Shown here one piece after another: positions 35,780-49,632 of a stretch of DNA of 64,000 nucleotides. Source of the stretch: Heterodontus francisci (lineage: Eukaryota); the NCBI RefSeq assembly GCF_036365525.1, contig NC_090395.1, positions 65,745,326 through 65,809,325 on the forward strand, read 5' to 3'. The notes beneath the pieces were generated by a model, which had not been told where the DNA came from, made no database searches, and was given only the letters and a program-made list of their open reading frames with translations. The position numbers and the translations under genes are program-made. Numbering within the stretch: position 1 is the stretch's first letter; each line of letters opens with the position of its first letter.

Positions 35780-36560
35780 TAACAGAATTATGAGGTGATG
35801 CATTTTGGTCTGAAAAACAAACATTACCTATACCATATAAAATAAGAATATGAATGGGGTAGAAGAGCAAAGACATCTAGAAATAAAGGTTTACAAATTA
35901 TTAAAAGCAGCATCACAGGTCAGCAAAGCAATTACAAATGCTAACAAAGCACTAGGGTTTATTACTAGGAATATAGAATTCTAAAGTGGTGAAGTTACAT
36001 GAAACTTGTATCGGACTCTTGTCAGGCTGCACTTCGAATACTGTGAACAGCTATGTCCTTACTACAAAAAAGATATAGAAGCACTGCACAAAATGTGAAA
36101 AAGATTTACAAGGATGGTATCAGAGTTGAGAGATTACAACTGCCAGGAAGGATTGTACAGGTCAGGGGCTTTTATCTTCAGAAGAGAGAAGTTCTGAGAG
36201 AAGTTTTTGAAATTATGAATGAATTGGACAGGGTGGATAAGGAGAGAATGTTTCAACTTGTGGGATAATCCAAAACTAGGGACCATAAACACAAAATAGT
36301 TACTAATAAGTCTAATAGGGAAGTAAGGAGAAATTTCTTTACTCAGAGGGTGGTTAGAATGTGGAACTTGCTGCCATAGGAATTGATTGAGGCAAATAGC
36401 TTTTAAAAGGTAACTAGATGCATACATGAGAGAAAAGGGAATAGAAAGGCTGAAATGAAGTAGCTAGAATGGGAGTAGGCTCATGTAGAGTATGAGCACC
36501 AGCACAGAAGTTTTGAGCTAAATGGCCTATTCCTGCACTGTATATTCTGCATAATTCTAT
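35780..36560 (+). mobile_element. Old CR1 3' fragment (others at ~33420-33800 +, 36810-37140 -, 47060-47537 +)
   Basis: EVMHFG, LEYC and FFTQRVVRMWN motifs plus CR1 3' UTR. Confidence 0.75.
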
Positions 36561-37751
36561 ATTGTTTTTAAATGAGTGCAGCTTTATTCATTGCTGTTGG
36601 ATAATTTTTTTCCAAATAGTTGCAACTTTTTTCAGGCTTGATCTCCCACAGAACCACTTTGAATCTGTGCACAATTGAAAAATTGTTAATATTTAGTGAT
36701 ATCAATATATTTACTAGTGTTGATACAAAGCATGTTATACAATAAATCTTACAAGCATAAATACAATGCAGTAATAAAACTGTACGCAACCATAACTGCT
36801 TTCCCATAGCCCTGCAATTTTTTCTTTTTCCCAGTATATATCCAATTCCCTTTTGAAAGGCACTATTGACTCTGCTTCCACCAAGTTTTCACATAGTACA
36901 TTTCAGTTCATAACCATTTGTTGCTTAAAAATAATTCTCAACTTCCCCTCTGGTTTCTTTTGCCCATTATCTTAAATCTATCTTCTCTAGTTGCTGACCC
37001 TCCTGATAGTGGAACTTCATAATTTTGAATACCTCAATTAAATCTCACCATCACTTTCTCTTTTCTAAGGACAAGAACCCCAGCTTCTTCAGTCTTGCTG
37101 CATCACTGAAGTCCCTCATGCCTGGTACCACTCTGGCAGTCTTATTGATGAAGGATTCTGATGAAGGATCACAGACCTGAAACGTTAACTCTGTTTCTCT
37201 CTACATAGATGCTGCCAGACCTGCTGAGTATTTATCCGCATAAACAACAGCTCATGAAGCCAGCGGCTAAACTTCTTTTTGTTCGAATCTGTTAATGAAA
37301 CGAGTGGACATAAATGTACACTTTTTGGTGTAAACTAGTCTATAATGTACACTGAATTAATATTTCCAAAATATTTCCTTTTTAAGTTGAATTATTGGAA
37401 GTAGGTATGGCGGTTTCCTGTGACTGAAGTCCACTCAGTTTTTAAATTGTAGCTGCACAGTGAAAGGATCTGCATCACACTGCACTCGACAATTGTGAAA
37501 AAAGTTTGATGTATATGAGTTTTTTTATTATTCCAAAATTAATGAGTTAAAATGAATTTAATCTGTGTTGCTGCTGGCTGCGCATCTATAGCAAAGTGGT
37601 ACAAGAGACGTGTGCTGGGCTGGCAAGCCAGAGGATCATATCTTAAAAGCCATTCTCTGCTAGCTTGACTGGTTTTTATAGTCGGATTTCACACTGATGC
37701 CTTTACATTGTCCCACCCTCCTCTGAGCTCCAATCCAGGGGCTGGCTGGCA

Positions 37752-38415
37752 TTGGGCCCAGCGGTTACATTACTGGACTAAGCCTAGACTAATGAGCCAG
37801 CGACATGAGTTCAAATCCCACTGTGGCAGCTGGGAAATTTAAATTCACTTAATTAAATAAAATCTGGATTAGAGAGATACTAGTGTCAGTAATGGTGACC
37901 ATGAAACTACTAGATTGTCATAAAAATCTATGTGGTTCACTAATGTCCTTTAGGAAAACAAATCTGCGGTTGTTACCCAGTCTGGCCTACACGTCTCTCC
38001 AGACCTGCAACAATGTGGTTGGCTCTTAACTGCTGTCTAACATAGTCAAGCAAGGCATTCAGATGTATTCTAGAAGATCACCATCACCTTCTCATGAGCA
38101 ATTAGGGATAGGTAATGTTGTATGATTGCCTTTAAGAGTGATGTCCCTTTTAGATCTTAGTATGCTAATGAGCTACATACCAGGACGCAGTCATGTGACT
38201 ACAAACCCGCGTCACTCTGCAACTGTAACACCTAGGGGAAGGTTCTGTAAATAGTTTGCTCTGTACTGTATATAATAGCTTAGCTGTTAATAAACCTGTT
38301 TGAGATCTTCAACCAACTGGACTCCACACATCTCATTTATGTTGCATCAGACAACTGCATTATAGGTAATAAATGCTGGCCATACCAGCAATACCCACAA
38401 CCAGTGGATGAATAA
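37752..38415 (+). mobile_element. tRNA-derived SINE whose 3' tail matches the LINE at 1-2600
   Basis: B-box gagttcaaatccc; tail caccttctc..gcaattagggat..aataaatgctggcc..cccac..atgaat. Confidence 0.7.
38116..38364 (+). mobile_element. Solo-LTR-like insertion in the SINE tail
   Basis: Starts TGT; flanked by direct repeat GGTAA (extends to ATAGGTAA); internal TATA-like tatataa and AATAAA. The 3' end is not a clean CA. Confidence 0.6.
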
Positions 38416-38479
38416 AAATAAAATGACTTTGAAGAAAGCCACCCACAATATTTCTGTAGTGTTGATTTCACCTTTACGA

Positions 38480-39085
38480 ACATACAAAGTAGAAGTAGAT
38501 GTAGGCTATTCGGCCCCTCTAGCCTGCTCCACCATTCAATAAGATCATGACTGATCTGTTTCTGTCTCGAATTCCACACTCCATCTACCCCCCACAATCT
38601 TTGATTCCCTTGCCTAACAAGAATCTATCTACCTCTGCCTTAAACATATTCAATGAACCTGCCTCCACCATCTTCTGAGGCAGAGTTCCAAAGTCGCACA
38701 ACCAGCTGAGAGAAAAAAATTCTCCTCATCTCTGTCCCAAAAGGGTGACCCCCCCCTAATTTTAAAACAGTGCCCCCTAGTTCTGGACTCACCCACAAGA
38801 GGAAACATCCTTTCCACATCCACCTTGTCAAGGCTATTCAGGATCTCATAAACTTCAATCAAGTCTCCCCTCATTCTTCTAAACTCCAGTGAAAACAAGC
38901 CCAGTCTATCCAACCTTTCATCATAAGACAACCCGCTCATTCCAGGTATCAATCTCGTAAACCTCCTCTGAACTGCCTCCAACACATTTACATCCTTCCT
39001 TAAATAAGGAGATCAAAACTGCACACAGCGTACGAGATGTGGTCTCACCAATGCCCTGTATAACTGAAGCATAACATCCTTACTT
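38480..39085 (-). mobile_element. CR1 LINE 3' fragment
   Basis: ORF 38650..38985(-): LEAVQRRFTRLIPGM..LEFRRMRGDLIEVY. Confidence 0.85.
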
Positions 39086-39129
39086 CCTGGTATTATTATC
39101 TTTCTGGTGCCATCTATAGGGTTCCTGTG

Positions 39130-42100
39130 TGGCTACCCATCTTTCAATCTAAGCTCATCCAAAACTCTACTGCTGGTATACTAACTCACACCAAGTCCCA
39201 TTCACTCATCAGCCTTGTGTTCGCTGAACTACATTCACACCCAGCCCCCAAAAGCCTCAATTATAAAATTGTCATCCTCCTGTTTAAATCCCTCCATGGC
39301 CTTGTCCCTTCCTATCTTTGTCACTCTCTCTGAACTCTGTGTTACTGCAACTCTGGCTTCTTGTGCATTCCCACAATTGACGGTAACATCTTCAGCCATC
39401 CAAGTCCTAAACTCCGATATTTTGTCCCTAAAAAAAAACTCCACTCTCTTTGACCAAACATTTGGTCACCTCTCGATTTCTCTTTATTTGAATCAGTATC
39501 AGTTTTTTCCTCATTATGTTCCTGTGAAGATATTACTGTTAAAGATGCTAAATAAATGCAAATTACTGTTGTTGTTGACACCACTAATGAGCCAACATAA
39601 ATAAATGAACATACTTCGCAAGCCTGTTGTCAAGAAAAGTTTTATTTCTTTAGTTTTGTTAAGAGTGAAAACTTTATACATGCCTTCAGAGGCCTGAATT
39701 TTCCTGCTGGTTTCAAAGGTTGGGAATTTTTTGATGCACATAGAATGCTGAGAGTAAATGTTCTATCCTAAATGAACACGAATTCAGTTTTTGCAGAATT
39801 CCATTAACTCCTCAAGGGTTAAAAGAGTTGGGCTGTGAAAAAAAATGTGTATACAAGCTTCTTGCAGCTTGTGATGGTGCTGGTGATTAGAAACTGCTGG
39901 AAAAAGGTGCTGATATTCTCAGGGTTGATGTGTGACAGAAAGCCATGAAAGTACAAAGACTGTAGGTGTTGCTAAATGAAGGTTGCGTGTGCAAGAAGGA
40001 GATGAAGAACTAAAATGTTGCAGTTTTTTTATATAGGCCACCATCATTGGGCTGTGTCAGACAATGTTACAGAGGTGGAAATAGTCAGTTCAGGGACAGC
40101 ACAGATTTGTGGTCGGAAGCTCATCTCAGGTCAACTATGACACCAAGATTGCACCAGTCTGGTTCAGTCTCAGACAGTTACCGGAGAACGGTATGGAGCC
40201 GGTGGCTAGGGAGCAAAGTTTGTAGCAGACAGCGAAGACAATAGATTCAGATTTCCCAATATTTTGTTGGAGGAAATTTATGCTCATCCAGTACTGGATG
40301 TTGGACAAGCACTCTGACAATTTAGAGATAGTGGAGTGGTCAAGAGAGGGGTGGTGAGGAAGAATTGGGAGTCATCAACATATTTGTGGAAATTGACGTT
40401 TTTTTTGATGATGCCGCCAAGGGGCAGCATCTGTATGAGAAATAGGAGGGAGTCATGGATAAATACTTGGGTAACACCAGAGATAATTGTGTGGGAGTGG
40501 GAAGAGAAGCCATTGCAGGTGATTCTCTAGCTGTTAGATAGATAAGAATGGAAGCAGGCGAGAGCAGTCCCACCCAATTGGATGACAGTGGAGAAGCGTT
40601 GGAGGAGGATGGTGTGGTTAACCGTGACAAAGGCTGCAGACAGGTCAAGAAGGATGAAGATAGATCATTTGTGACTTTGATAAGAGCTGTTTTGGTATGC
40701 GGTGCAGCAGAAACCTGAATGAAGGGATTCAAATATGGAGTTCCAGGCAAGGATTTGGCAGGCCACAACGTATTTAAGGACTCTGGAGAGGAAAGGAAGG
40801 GTGGAGGGATCAAGGTTTTTTTTTGTCTTGAGGAGAGGGGTGGTGACAGCAGATTTAAATGTGAGGGAAACAGAACCTGAGGAGAGAGAACAATTGATAA
40901 TATCAGCTACCATCAAGACCTCCAGTGCAGTGTCCAAAAATCCTTGGTGCATGCTCTCTCCCATGGTGGAGCATTACTGATTCTTCCTCAGCACAATATT
41001 CAAAATGATCTCAACACTGCGACCAGCCACAATACACCTCCCTTTAAGAGGTGCAGGCTAGCTTTAAATAGTACTAGGTACTCACGTTATTGGGCTCCCT
41101 GCTGATGTGTGTAGCCAACGAACAGTGCAGAGAGTGCTGGCTGTACGCAGATATCGTTGGAATAAACAGACAACACAGAGTTAGCCTGTGGTCTGCAATG
41201 CATTAAACAGGTGTGTGTTAATCACCATCCCTGTGCTCGTTTTCGGAGGTTGTCCAATTTTATCCCCTGCATTTCTCAGTGAGAATTCTACAATCTGATT
41301 GGTTAAAGAGCCGCACTCTTTTTTGGCCTGCATGCAGACACCACAGGTTTCCTGTAAAGGGCATCGTGCTGTATCTGACACCAAACGAAAGCAAGTTTAC
41401 ACTCAAAATTCCATGAAAATTCTGTAGGCAGCAGCCAGCGTAGTGAACAGCAAGTGTCTTACCTTCATCACTGACCACAAAATCCAGGCCAATGTATCTT
41501 TATGATATTAGAAAGGGAGACCCGCTGGTGTAAATAAGAATGTGTTTTTCTTTATTGTAGCAAATATCATCCACACTTGTGAAGATTTTCCAAATACTAC
41601 AACCATAATTATATGAGTAAAACCTGATCCACTGTTTGACCAGCACCACTATTGACCCTTCCACTGCCTTTGTGTTATCAGACTGCTTGTTCAAAATCCA
41701 GCCCTCAATGAGACAATATATCTTCGAATCAAACATTGGGAAAACCAAAATTATTGTCTTTGTTCCCAGCACAAACTACATTACCTAGCCACCAATTCCA
41801 TTACCTTCCCTGGACTTTGAGATTGAACCAGACTATCTGCAAACTCTGTGTCCTATTTGACCCTAAGCTAGGCTGCTGACATCCACTTCATAATATCACC
41901 CGTCTCTGTCGCTGCCTTAGGCCATCTGCTGCTGAAAACGTCATCCATGCTCTTCTTGCCTTTACACCTGAATATTCCAATGTGCTCCTGGCTGGCAACC
42001 CATCTTTCATCCTCCATCAACATAAGATCATCCTAAACTCTGCTGTCTATATCCTAACTCACACCAAATCCTATTCACTCATTACCCTTGTGCTTACTGA

Positions 42101-45100
42101 TCTATATTAGCAGCCAGTCCCTAAACCCATCAATTAATAAGTTCTCATCATGTTCAAATCCCCCGTGGTCTTTACCGTCAACATCTTTGTAACGCCCTCT
42201 GCGAACTCTGTATTCCTCCAACTCTGGCTTCTTGTGACATCCCATATTTCATTCACCTCATCATTGACGGCATGTCCTCAGCCTCTGGGTCCTAAACTCA
42301 GCATTCCTTCACCAAAACTCTTCACATTCTTTGATCAAACTTTTGTACCAATTTTGTCTGATAATGTTTCTGTGAAATGACTTAGGATGTTCTACTGTGT
42401 TAAAGGCACTATAAATGCAACTTATCATTGTTGTTGTTGACCCACTAATGAACGAACAATAATAAATGAATGTGCTTCTCAAGCCAATGCTATTGTCAAT
42501 GAGCGATCTACCCCTTCGATTTCGTTAAGAGTGAAAACTTTATCCAGTTATTTATTCAGTTTCACAATTCCATTAACTCCTTAAATACATTAAGAGTTAA
42601 AAGAGTTGGGCTGTCAAAATAATGTGTATTCAAGCTTGTGCAACTTGCAATGGTCATCGTGGTTTGAAACTGCAAGAAAAATGTGATGAAAAATGTGTTG
42701 ATATTTTCACAGTTAATGTGTGACAGAAACCCGTGAAAGTACAATGTCAGTCGGTGTTACTAAATGAAGGGTGCCAGACAAAGCACTGCAATATTATATA
42801 GGCAATCATTGTCAGTGTTGGTCCATTTATTGGATGCCAGATGATGCAGATGGAAGAAACAGTGGACAGGTATACAGCAGACAAATGACTCACATCATGG
42901 TGTGGACAAATTACAATAACAACAACAATTTGTATTTATATAGTGCCTTTAAGATAATAAAACATCCCCCTCACAGGAGCCTTTATAAAACAACCTATGG
43001 CACCAACTCACATAAGAAGATATTTGGGCAGATGACCAAAAGCTTATTCAAAGAGGTAGATTCAAGGAGCGTCTTAAATGAGGAAAGCAAGGTAGAAAGG
43101 CGGAGAGGTTTAGGGAGGGAATTTCAGAGCTCAGAGACCAGACAGCTGAAGTCATAGCCACTAAGGGTGGAGTGATTAAAATCGGGAGGGATGAGGCTTT
43201 TAGTTTAGTTTTAGAGATACAGCACTGAAACAGGCCCTACGGCCCACCGAGTCTGTGCCGACCATCAACCACCCATTTATACTAATCCTACACTAATCCT
43301 ACCACATCCCCACCTGTCCCTATATTTCCCTACCACCTACCTATACTAGGGGCAATTTATAATGGCCAATTTACCTACCAACCTGCAAGTCTTTTGGCTG
43401 TGGGAGGAAACTGGAGCACCCAGAGAAAACCCACGCAGACACAGGGAGAACTTGCAAACTCCACACAGGCAGTACCCAGAATTGAACCCGGGTCACTGGA
43501 GATGTGAGGCTGCGGTGCTAACCACTGCGCCACTGTGCCACCATGAGGGAAATTTGGAAACAAGGATGGGAATTTTAAAATTGAGGATTTTCTTAACTGG
43601 GAACCAGTGTAAATCAGTGAACACAGGGGTGAGCGAGGCTTGGTGTGAGTAAGGACACAGGTAAGTTTTGGATGACTTCAAGTTTATGGAGAATGTGGGG
43701 GCCTGGCCAGGAGTGTAATGGAATAGACAAGTCTAGAGGTAACATAGACATGATGAGTGCTTCAGCAGCAGATGAGCTGAAGCAGGCGTACAGTCAGATG
43801 ATGTCAAAGATGTGGAAATAGGTGGCCTTACTGACGGCATGGATATGTGATTGGAAGTGCATCTCGTGTCAAATATGACACCAAGGTTGCTAACAGTCTG
43901 GTTCAGCGTCAGACCGTTGCCAGGGAGAGGGATAGAGTAAGTGGCTAAGGAACAGGATTTGTGGCAGCGACCAAAGAGAATGGCTTCAGTCTTTCAATAT
44001 TTAATTGGATCAAATTTCTGCTCATCCAGTACTGGAGGTTGGGCAAGCAGTCTGACAATTTAGACAGTGGAGTGGGCGAGAGAGGTGGTGGTGACGTGGA
44101 GCTGGGTGTCATCAGCGTACTTATGGAAACTGACATTGTGGCTTTGGATGATGTCACTGAAGGGGAGCATGTGGATAAGAAGCAGGAGGGAGCCAAGGAC
44201 AGATCTTTGGGGGACACCAGAGATAGCTGTGCAGGAGCGGGAAGAGAAGAGAAGTCAGGTGATTCTCTGGCTATGGTAACTTAGATAAGAATGGGAGAAG
44301 GCAAGTGCAGTCCCACCCAGCTGGACAATGGTGGGGAGACATTGTCGGAAAATGGTGTGATCAATTGCACCAAAGGTTTCAGAGAAGTCAATAAGAGTGG
44401 AGGGGCAGTCTACCTTTGTCGCAGTCAAATTAGATGTCATTTGTGCTCTTGATAAGTGCCATTTCAGTACTGTGGCAGGAGTGGAAACGTGATTAGAGGT
44501 ATTCAAATATAGAGTACTGGGAAAAGAGATTTTTGCAAGCCACAACTAGTTCAAGGACTTTGGAGAGGAAAGAAAGGTTCGAGATAGGGGCGATAGTTTG
44601 TAAGAGCGGAGGGGTTAAGAGGATTAGTTTTATGAAGAGGGGGTGGTGATGGCAGATTTGAATCTGAGGTGAGGAAACCATTAACAATATCAGCTAACAT
44701 TTGTGCATGTGTCTGGGGAGCCTGGGTTCCTCCCAAAGGATACAGGACATTTCTCCTTCTTTACACCTCTTCCATCAAAACCTCCAGTGCAATGTCCAAA
44801 AAATCCTTGGTGCATGCTTTCTGGGATGGTCAACCATTGTTGATTCTTCCACAGCGTATATCCAGATTGATCTCAGCACTGGCACCAGCCACGATGCACC
44901 TCCCCTTCAAGATACGTAGGCAAGCTTTAAGTAGTATGAAGCACTCACGATATTAGCCCACCTGCTGATGATGCAGCCAATGAACAGTGTGGGGAGCACC
45001 AGCTGCACGTAGAAATCATGCAAATTAACAGGCAACACGGAGTTAGCATACGGTCTGCAGTGCATTAAACAGGCATGTGTTAATCACGCCTTGTCATTCT

Positions 45101-46978
45101 TGTGCCTGTTTTCTGAAGGTATCCAATTTTACCCCCTGCATGTCTCAATAAGGATTCTTCAGTCTGATTGGTTAAAGAGCCTCCCTGTTTCTTGGCCTGC
45201 TTGCAGACATCACAGGTCCCCTGTAGAGGGTGACGTGCTGGTTTAGACGCCAGATGACAGCAAGTTTACACTCAAAATCCGATGAAAACTCCACAGACAG
45301 TGGTCAGCGTAGTGAACAGCAAGTGTCTTTCCTTCACCACTGATGGCAAAATCCAGGCCAATGTATCTTTATAATATTAGAAAGGGAGACTCGCTGGTGT
45401 AAATAAGAATGTGTTTTTCTTTATTATAGCAAATAAATACATTCTAAACTTGTGAAGATTTTTGAAATCCTACAACCGTAATTACATGCATTAAGCCTGA
45501 TCCCCTGTTTGACCACCACTGCTCTTGACCCTTCCACTGCCTCAGTGTTATCAGGCTGCTTGTCTGAGATCCTATCCTTGATGAGTGCAAATATCTTCTA
45601 CTTAAACAGTGGGAAGACCAAAAACATTGTTTCGTTCCTGCCACAAAGTCTGTTCCCAAGTTACCAATTCCATCCCCCTCTCTGGACTCTGTCTGAGGTG
45701 GAAGCAGACTGTGTGCAACCTCCATGTCCTATTTAACCCTGAGTAGGGCTTCCGACCTCATTACCCTCTCCATCACCGAGGCTGCTGATACTTACCTCTG
45801 TAATATTACCTGTTTCTGTTCCTGTCTCAGTCCAAGTGCATCTGAAACCCTCATCCATGCTCTTGTTACATTCAAAGTAGAGTATTCCAATGCTCTCTTT
45901 GCCAGCATCCCATCTTCCAAATTCCACAACTTAAGCTCATTCAGAACTCTGCTGCCTGTGTCCTAACTCACACCAAGTCCTAATCACTCAGTATCTCTGC
46001 ACCCGCTGATCTACATTCACAGCTGGTCGCCAAATGCCTCAATTTTAAAATCATAATCTTTGTGTTCAAATCCCTCCATGGCTTCACCCCTCCCTATCTT
46101 TGTAATTCCCTCTGTGAATTCTGTGCTCCTTCAACTCTGGCTTCTTGTGCAATTGCACACTTCCATCGCCTCACCATTGATGGCAATATCTTTGGTCATC
46201 TTGGTCCTAACTCCAGAATTTCCTCACTAAAACTCTTCACTTTCTTTTAATAAATATTTGGTCAACAGTCCCAATGTCTCCCTCCTTTGGCTAGGCAATA
46301 ATTTTTGTCTGCTTACATTCCTGTGAAGCATCCTGGGATGTTTAACTATGCTAAATGTGCCATATAAATGCAAGTAATTTCTGTTGTTTTTGATCCCACT
46401 AGTGATTGAGCTTCTCAAGCTACTGCTGTTGTCAATGAGAAGTATTTTCTTTTAGTTTTGTTAAAAGAGAAGTCTTTATCCTTGTGTAACTAATTGTCTT
46501 CAGAGGCCTGAATTTTCCTACTGGTTTCAATGTTTGAGAAATATTAGTTTTGTATAGAATGCTGTGAGTGAGTGTTTCATCCTAAATGAACACAAATTCA
46601 GTTTTAGCAGAATTCCAGCAACTCCTCAAATACTTTAAGGGTTAAAAGAGTAGGGCTCTGAAAAAATACATCTGTGTTCAAGTTTGTTGCAGCTTGAAAC
46701 AGTCATGGTGGTTTGAAACGGTTAGAAAAATGTGTTGATCTTCTCAGGGTTGATGTGTGGCAGAAACCCGTGAATGTAGAATGACAGTAGGTGTTAGTGA
46801 CAAAATGAAGGGTTCTGTTTGCAGCTGTGAGAAAAAGAACTGCACTGTTACAGGGCTTTGTATAGGCAGCATCATGGATGCTGGGCCATTTACTGGACAC
46901 CAGGTGAGGCAGATGGAAGGAACTATGGACAGGTGTACAGGGATCATACAAACCACACCATGGTGTGGACAAATTACC
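39130..46978. repeat. Imperfect tandem triplication of a 3-4-kb intergenic cassette (Penelope-like RT debris + L2 fragments)
   Basis: Homologous blocks at 39580-40050, 42440-42910, 46395-46978; at 41507-42420 and 45376-46380; and at 40911-41500 and 44773-45370. Confidence 0.8.
43197..43542 (-). mobile_element. V-SINE (HE1-like) with TSD ATGAGG
   Basis: Antisense copy of the 5223 SINE; ATGAGG at 43191-43196 and 43543-43548. Confidence 0.88.
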
Positions 46979-49632
46979 CCAGAGGGAAGCATTACTAAAC
47001 TGGATGTAGTTTTATGACTCTTGAAGAGAATGAGAGGCTAAAGCTAAGCAAATACCTGAAGAAACATTACAGGAAGGATATCACTGTACCACTGAGTGTA
47101 CCGAAGATATTGCCAAGATTGGAAAATTTTAGCTATGAAGGAAGTTTGAATAGACTAGAGTTGTTTCTTTGGAACAGGGGAGGCTGAGGGATTTCACTGT
47201 GTACAAAATTATGAGGGGTTTAGGAAGGACCTATTTCCCTTAGTAGAGATAACAGGGGCATAGATTTAAAGTAATTCATAGAAGGATTAGAGGGCATTTG
47301 AGGAAAATATTTTTCACTCAGAGGGTGGTGGGGATCTGGAACTCACTGTCTGATAGGGTGGTGGAGGCAGAAACCCTCATCACACGTAAAAACTGTTTGA
47401 ATATGAAGTTTAAGTGCTGTAAACTACAAGGCTACAGACCAAGAACTGGAAAGTGGGATTAGGTTTGATAGCTCTTTTTTGGCAAGCACTGACACAAAGG
47501 GCCTGATTCTGTGTGGTCAATTTCTGTGATTCTATGATGTTAAGTAGTCAGTATTTACATTGTGCCATTAGGTGACATTATAGTTAATACAAATCACGAT
47601 GTTAATATACCTTCCAGGAACTGAGTGGTAGATATCTCAGGAGTCAATGGAAATGTTGTCAAGTGTTACACAAGAAGTCTTAGATAGGCATAAACAGGGG
47701 AGGTAACATTCAGCAATATTAACCAGAAACAGCCGCCAAGGCTGTTCTCTTCTCATTTTGTTTGTCAGTTCTCAAAGGTGCAGGACATCATTCTCTGAAT
47801 ACATGTGGCTATTCATTCACTAAACCACAAGCCTGACATCAATCAAAGAGAATTCCGCTGAATCAATGTACTGATGTGTGATACATGTAGGGAAATCGTG
47901 CAAGATAATGCTCAGTTCCTTTGGAAAAAACAAACTGAGAAACACAGGATATATAGAACAACCAAGGCTACTCATACCTGCGCACCATTCCCATACAGAG
48001 CCAAACAATGATAGAATTATGCCCTTGTCTTGACAAAGGTCCTCACTGAGGAAATAATTCAAATTCTGAGTTAGTGCTTCGTATGGTTGTATCACTCAGG
48101 ACGTGAATTGTCAAGCTGCCCATAAAAGTACAGCTACAGTTTGCTGTATGTTGCACAGTATTGCTATAGATTAAGGAGTTCCAATTGATAGAATTGAGCA
48201 ACAAATGAAAACTGAGAAACAAGGAAACAAGGCCAATAAATGGCATCAACAGGAGACAAGAGAACAGCTGCTATTTTACAGGCCTAAAATTGGTGGACAA
48301 CCTACCAGCTAGTTAATTGCAAGTTTAAAACCTCCTTTTGAATATCAGGATGACATTCGCTCTTCTCCAGTCCTTGGGTGCAGCCCTAACTTTGATAGAG
48401 CTCAAAGAAACTTTTATATCCCATTTCAATTAGTAAGCCATTTGGTCTGTGGATCATGCAGATTTTTAATCCTTTGATTTACATTGTAGCTGTGGTTTAC
48501 AGTCTTTGTTATGATCCCTGTGGAGACCACCAACAAACCAATAGAATCAAATCCACCAACAGACCCCAATTTAGGAAACAAAAACCAAAGGCACAATATT
48601 TTACTTCTATAAATTTTACTTTAACACTCAAACCAAAACCACTATAAATTAAACATGAACTAACAGTTAAATCACAGTCAATATGTATCTTAAAGGTTAC
48701 ATGTTAACTGTCAGATGCAACAGGGATGTATCTCTTTGGCAGTCTTATCAGCAGATGAAGTCAAACCATCACAAAGTCTTTCAGGTCATTGAACTTCTCA
48801 AGTAGATCTCAAGATCCCACCTCCCAAGATACAAGTTTCTGCTCGATGGCAGTTTCTCTGCAATCTGAATCCCACTGATATCATCTCCACCAAAACTGCC
48901 ACCCTTCCGGAACCTCCATAGGTTTGCTCACAACAGTCCTGGTGGTGGAGTTTCACTGGTCACACCTTATATAACTCTTTAAGGCACCAAAAACAACAGT
49001 AGCAACTTGTATCATCCAAGGGTCTGCTCTCAGAAAATAGGTTCCAATTCAAAGAGCTTGTCTTTTTTAAAAACCAACATTTCTGAGCTTGTTTCAGTTC
49101 AGAAGCTCTGGAAACTTTTTTAAAACAACTCCAGGCTTTGCAGCTGACTTCCACCCTCCAGAGTCTTCAGTGAAAACTGAAACCTAAGCTCCAATCACAC
49201 ATCTCTGGTAAAAAACAAAACTGTTTTGCTAATCTGGTTCTGACCTTTCAGAACATTGAAGCTTTTAATTTCATTTTCAAATCAAAATCATTGCACCCAA
49301 CAGGTCAGCTGCACAGAATGCAGTCTGCACACGAGGACTCCATCACAACCTCCAACTTTGATTTACATAAAACCATTGCAGCCGTTTCTTATGTGTTGGC
49401 TCTTTGCTAGAACAATCAAAAGATAATCCCCCTCTCTCTCTCGTTTCCATAGCTGTAGGCCTTCCACTACCTCAAATATTAATGCAGTTTTCCCTTAAAC
49501 GATACAATGATCACTACCTCAACAATTCCCTGTGGCAAAGATTCAATGAACAAGCAAGCTTCTGCAAAAGAAATTTATCCTAATCTCTCTCCTCACTCTC
49601 TCTCTTTAGTGACAATTATTATAGATACTTAA

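Noticed and set aside
37456-37500. Perfect CACAGTG heptamer
   Set aside because: No nonamer at 12/23 spacing and no adjacent gene segment.
48508-49400. Possible antisense LTR starting TGTTATG
   Set aside because: I could not find a matching terminus or TSD.
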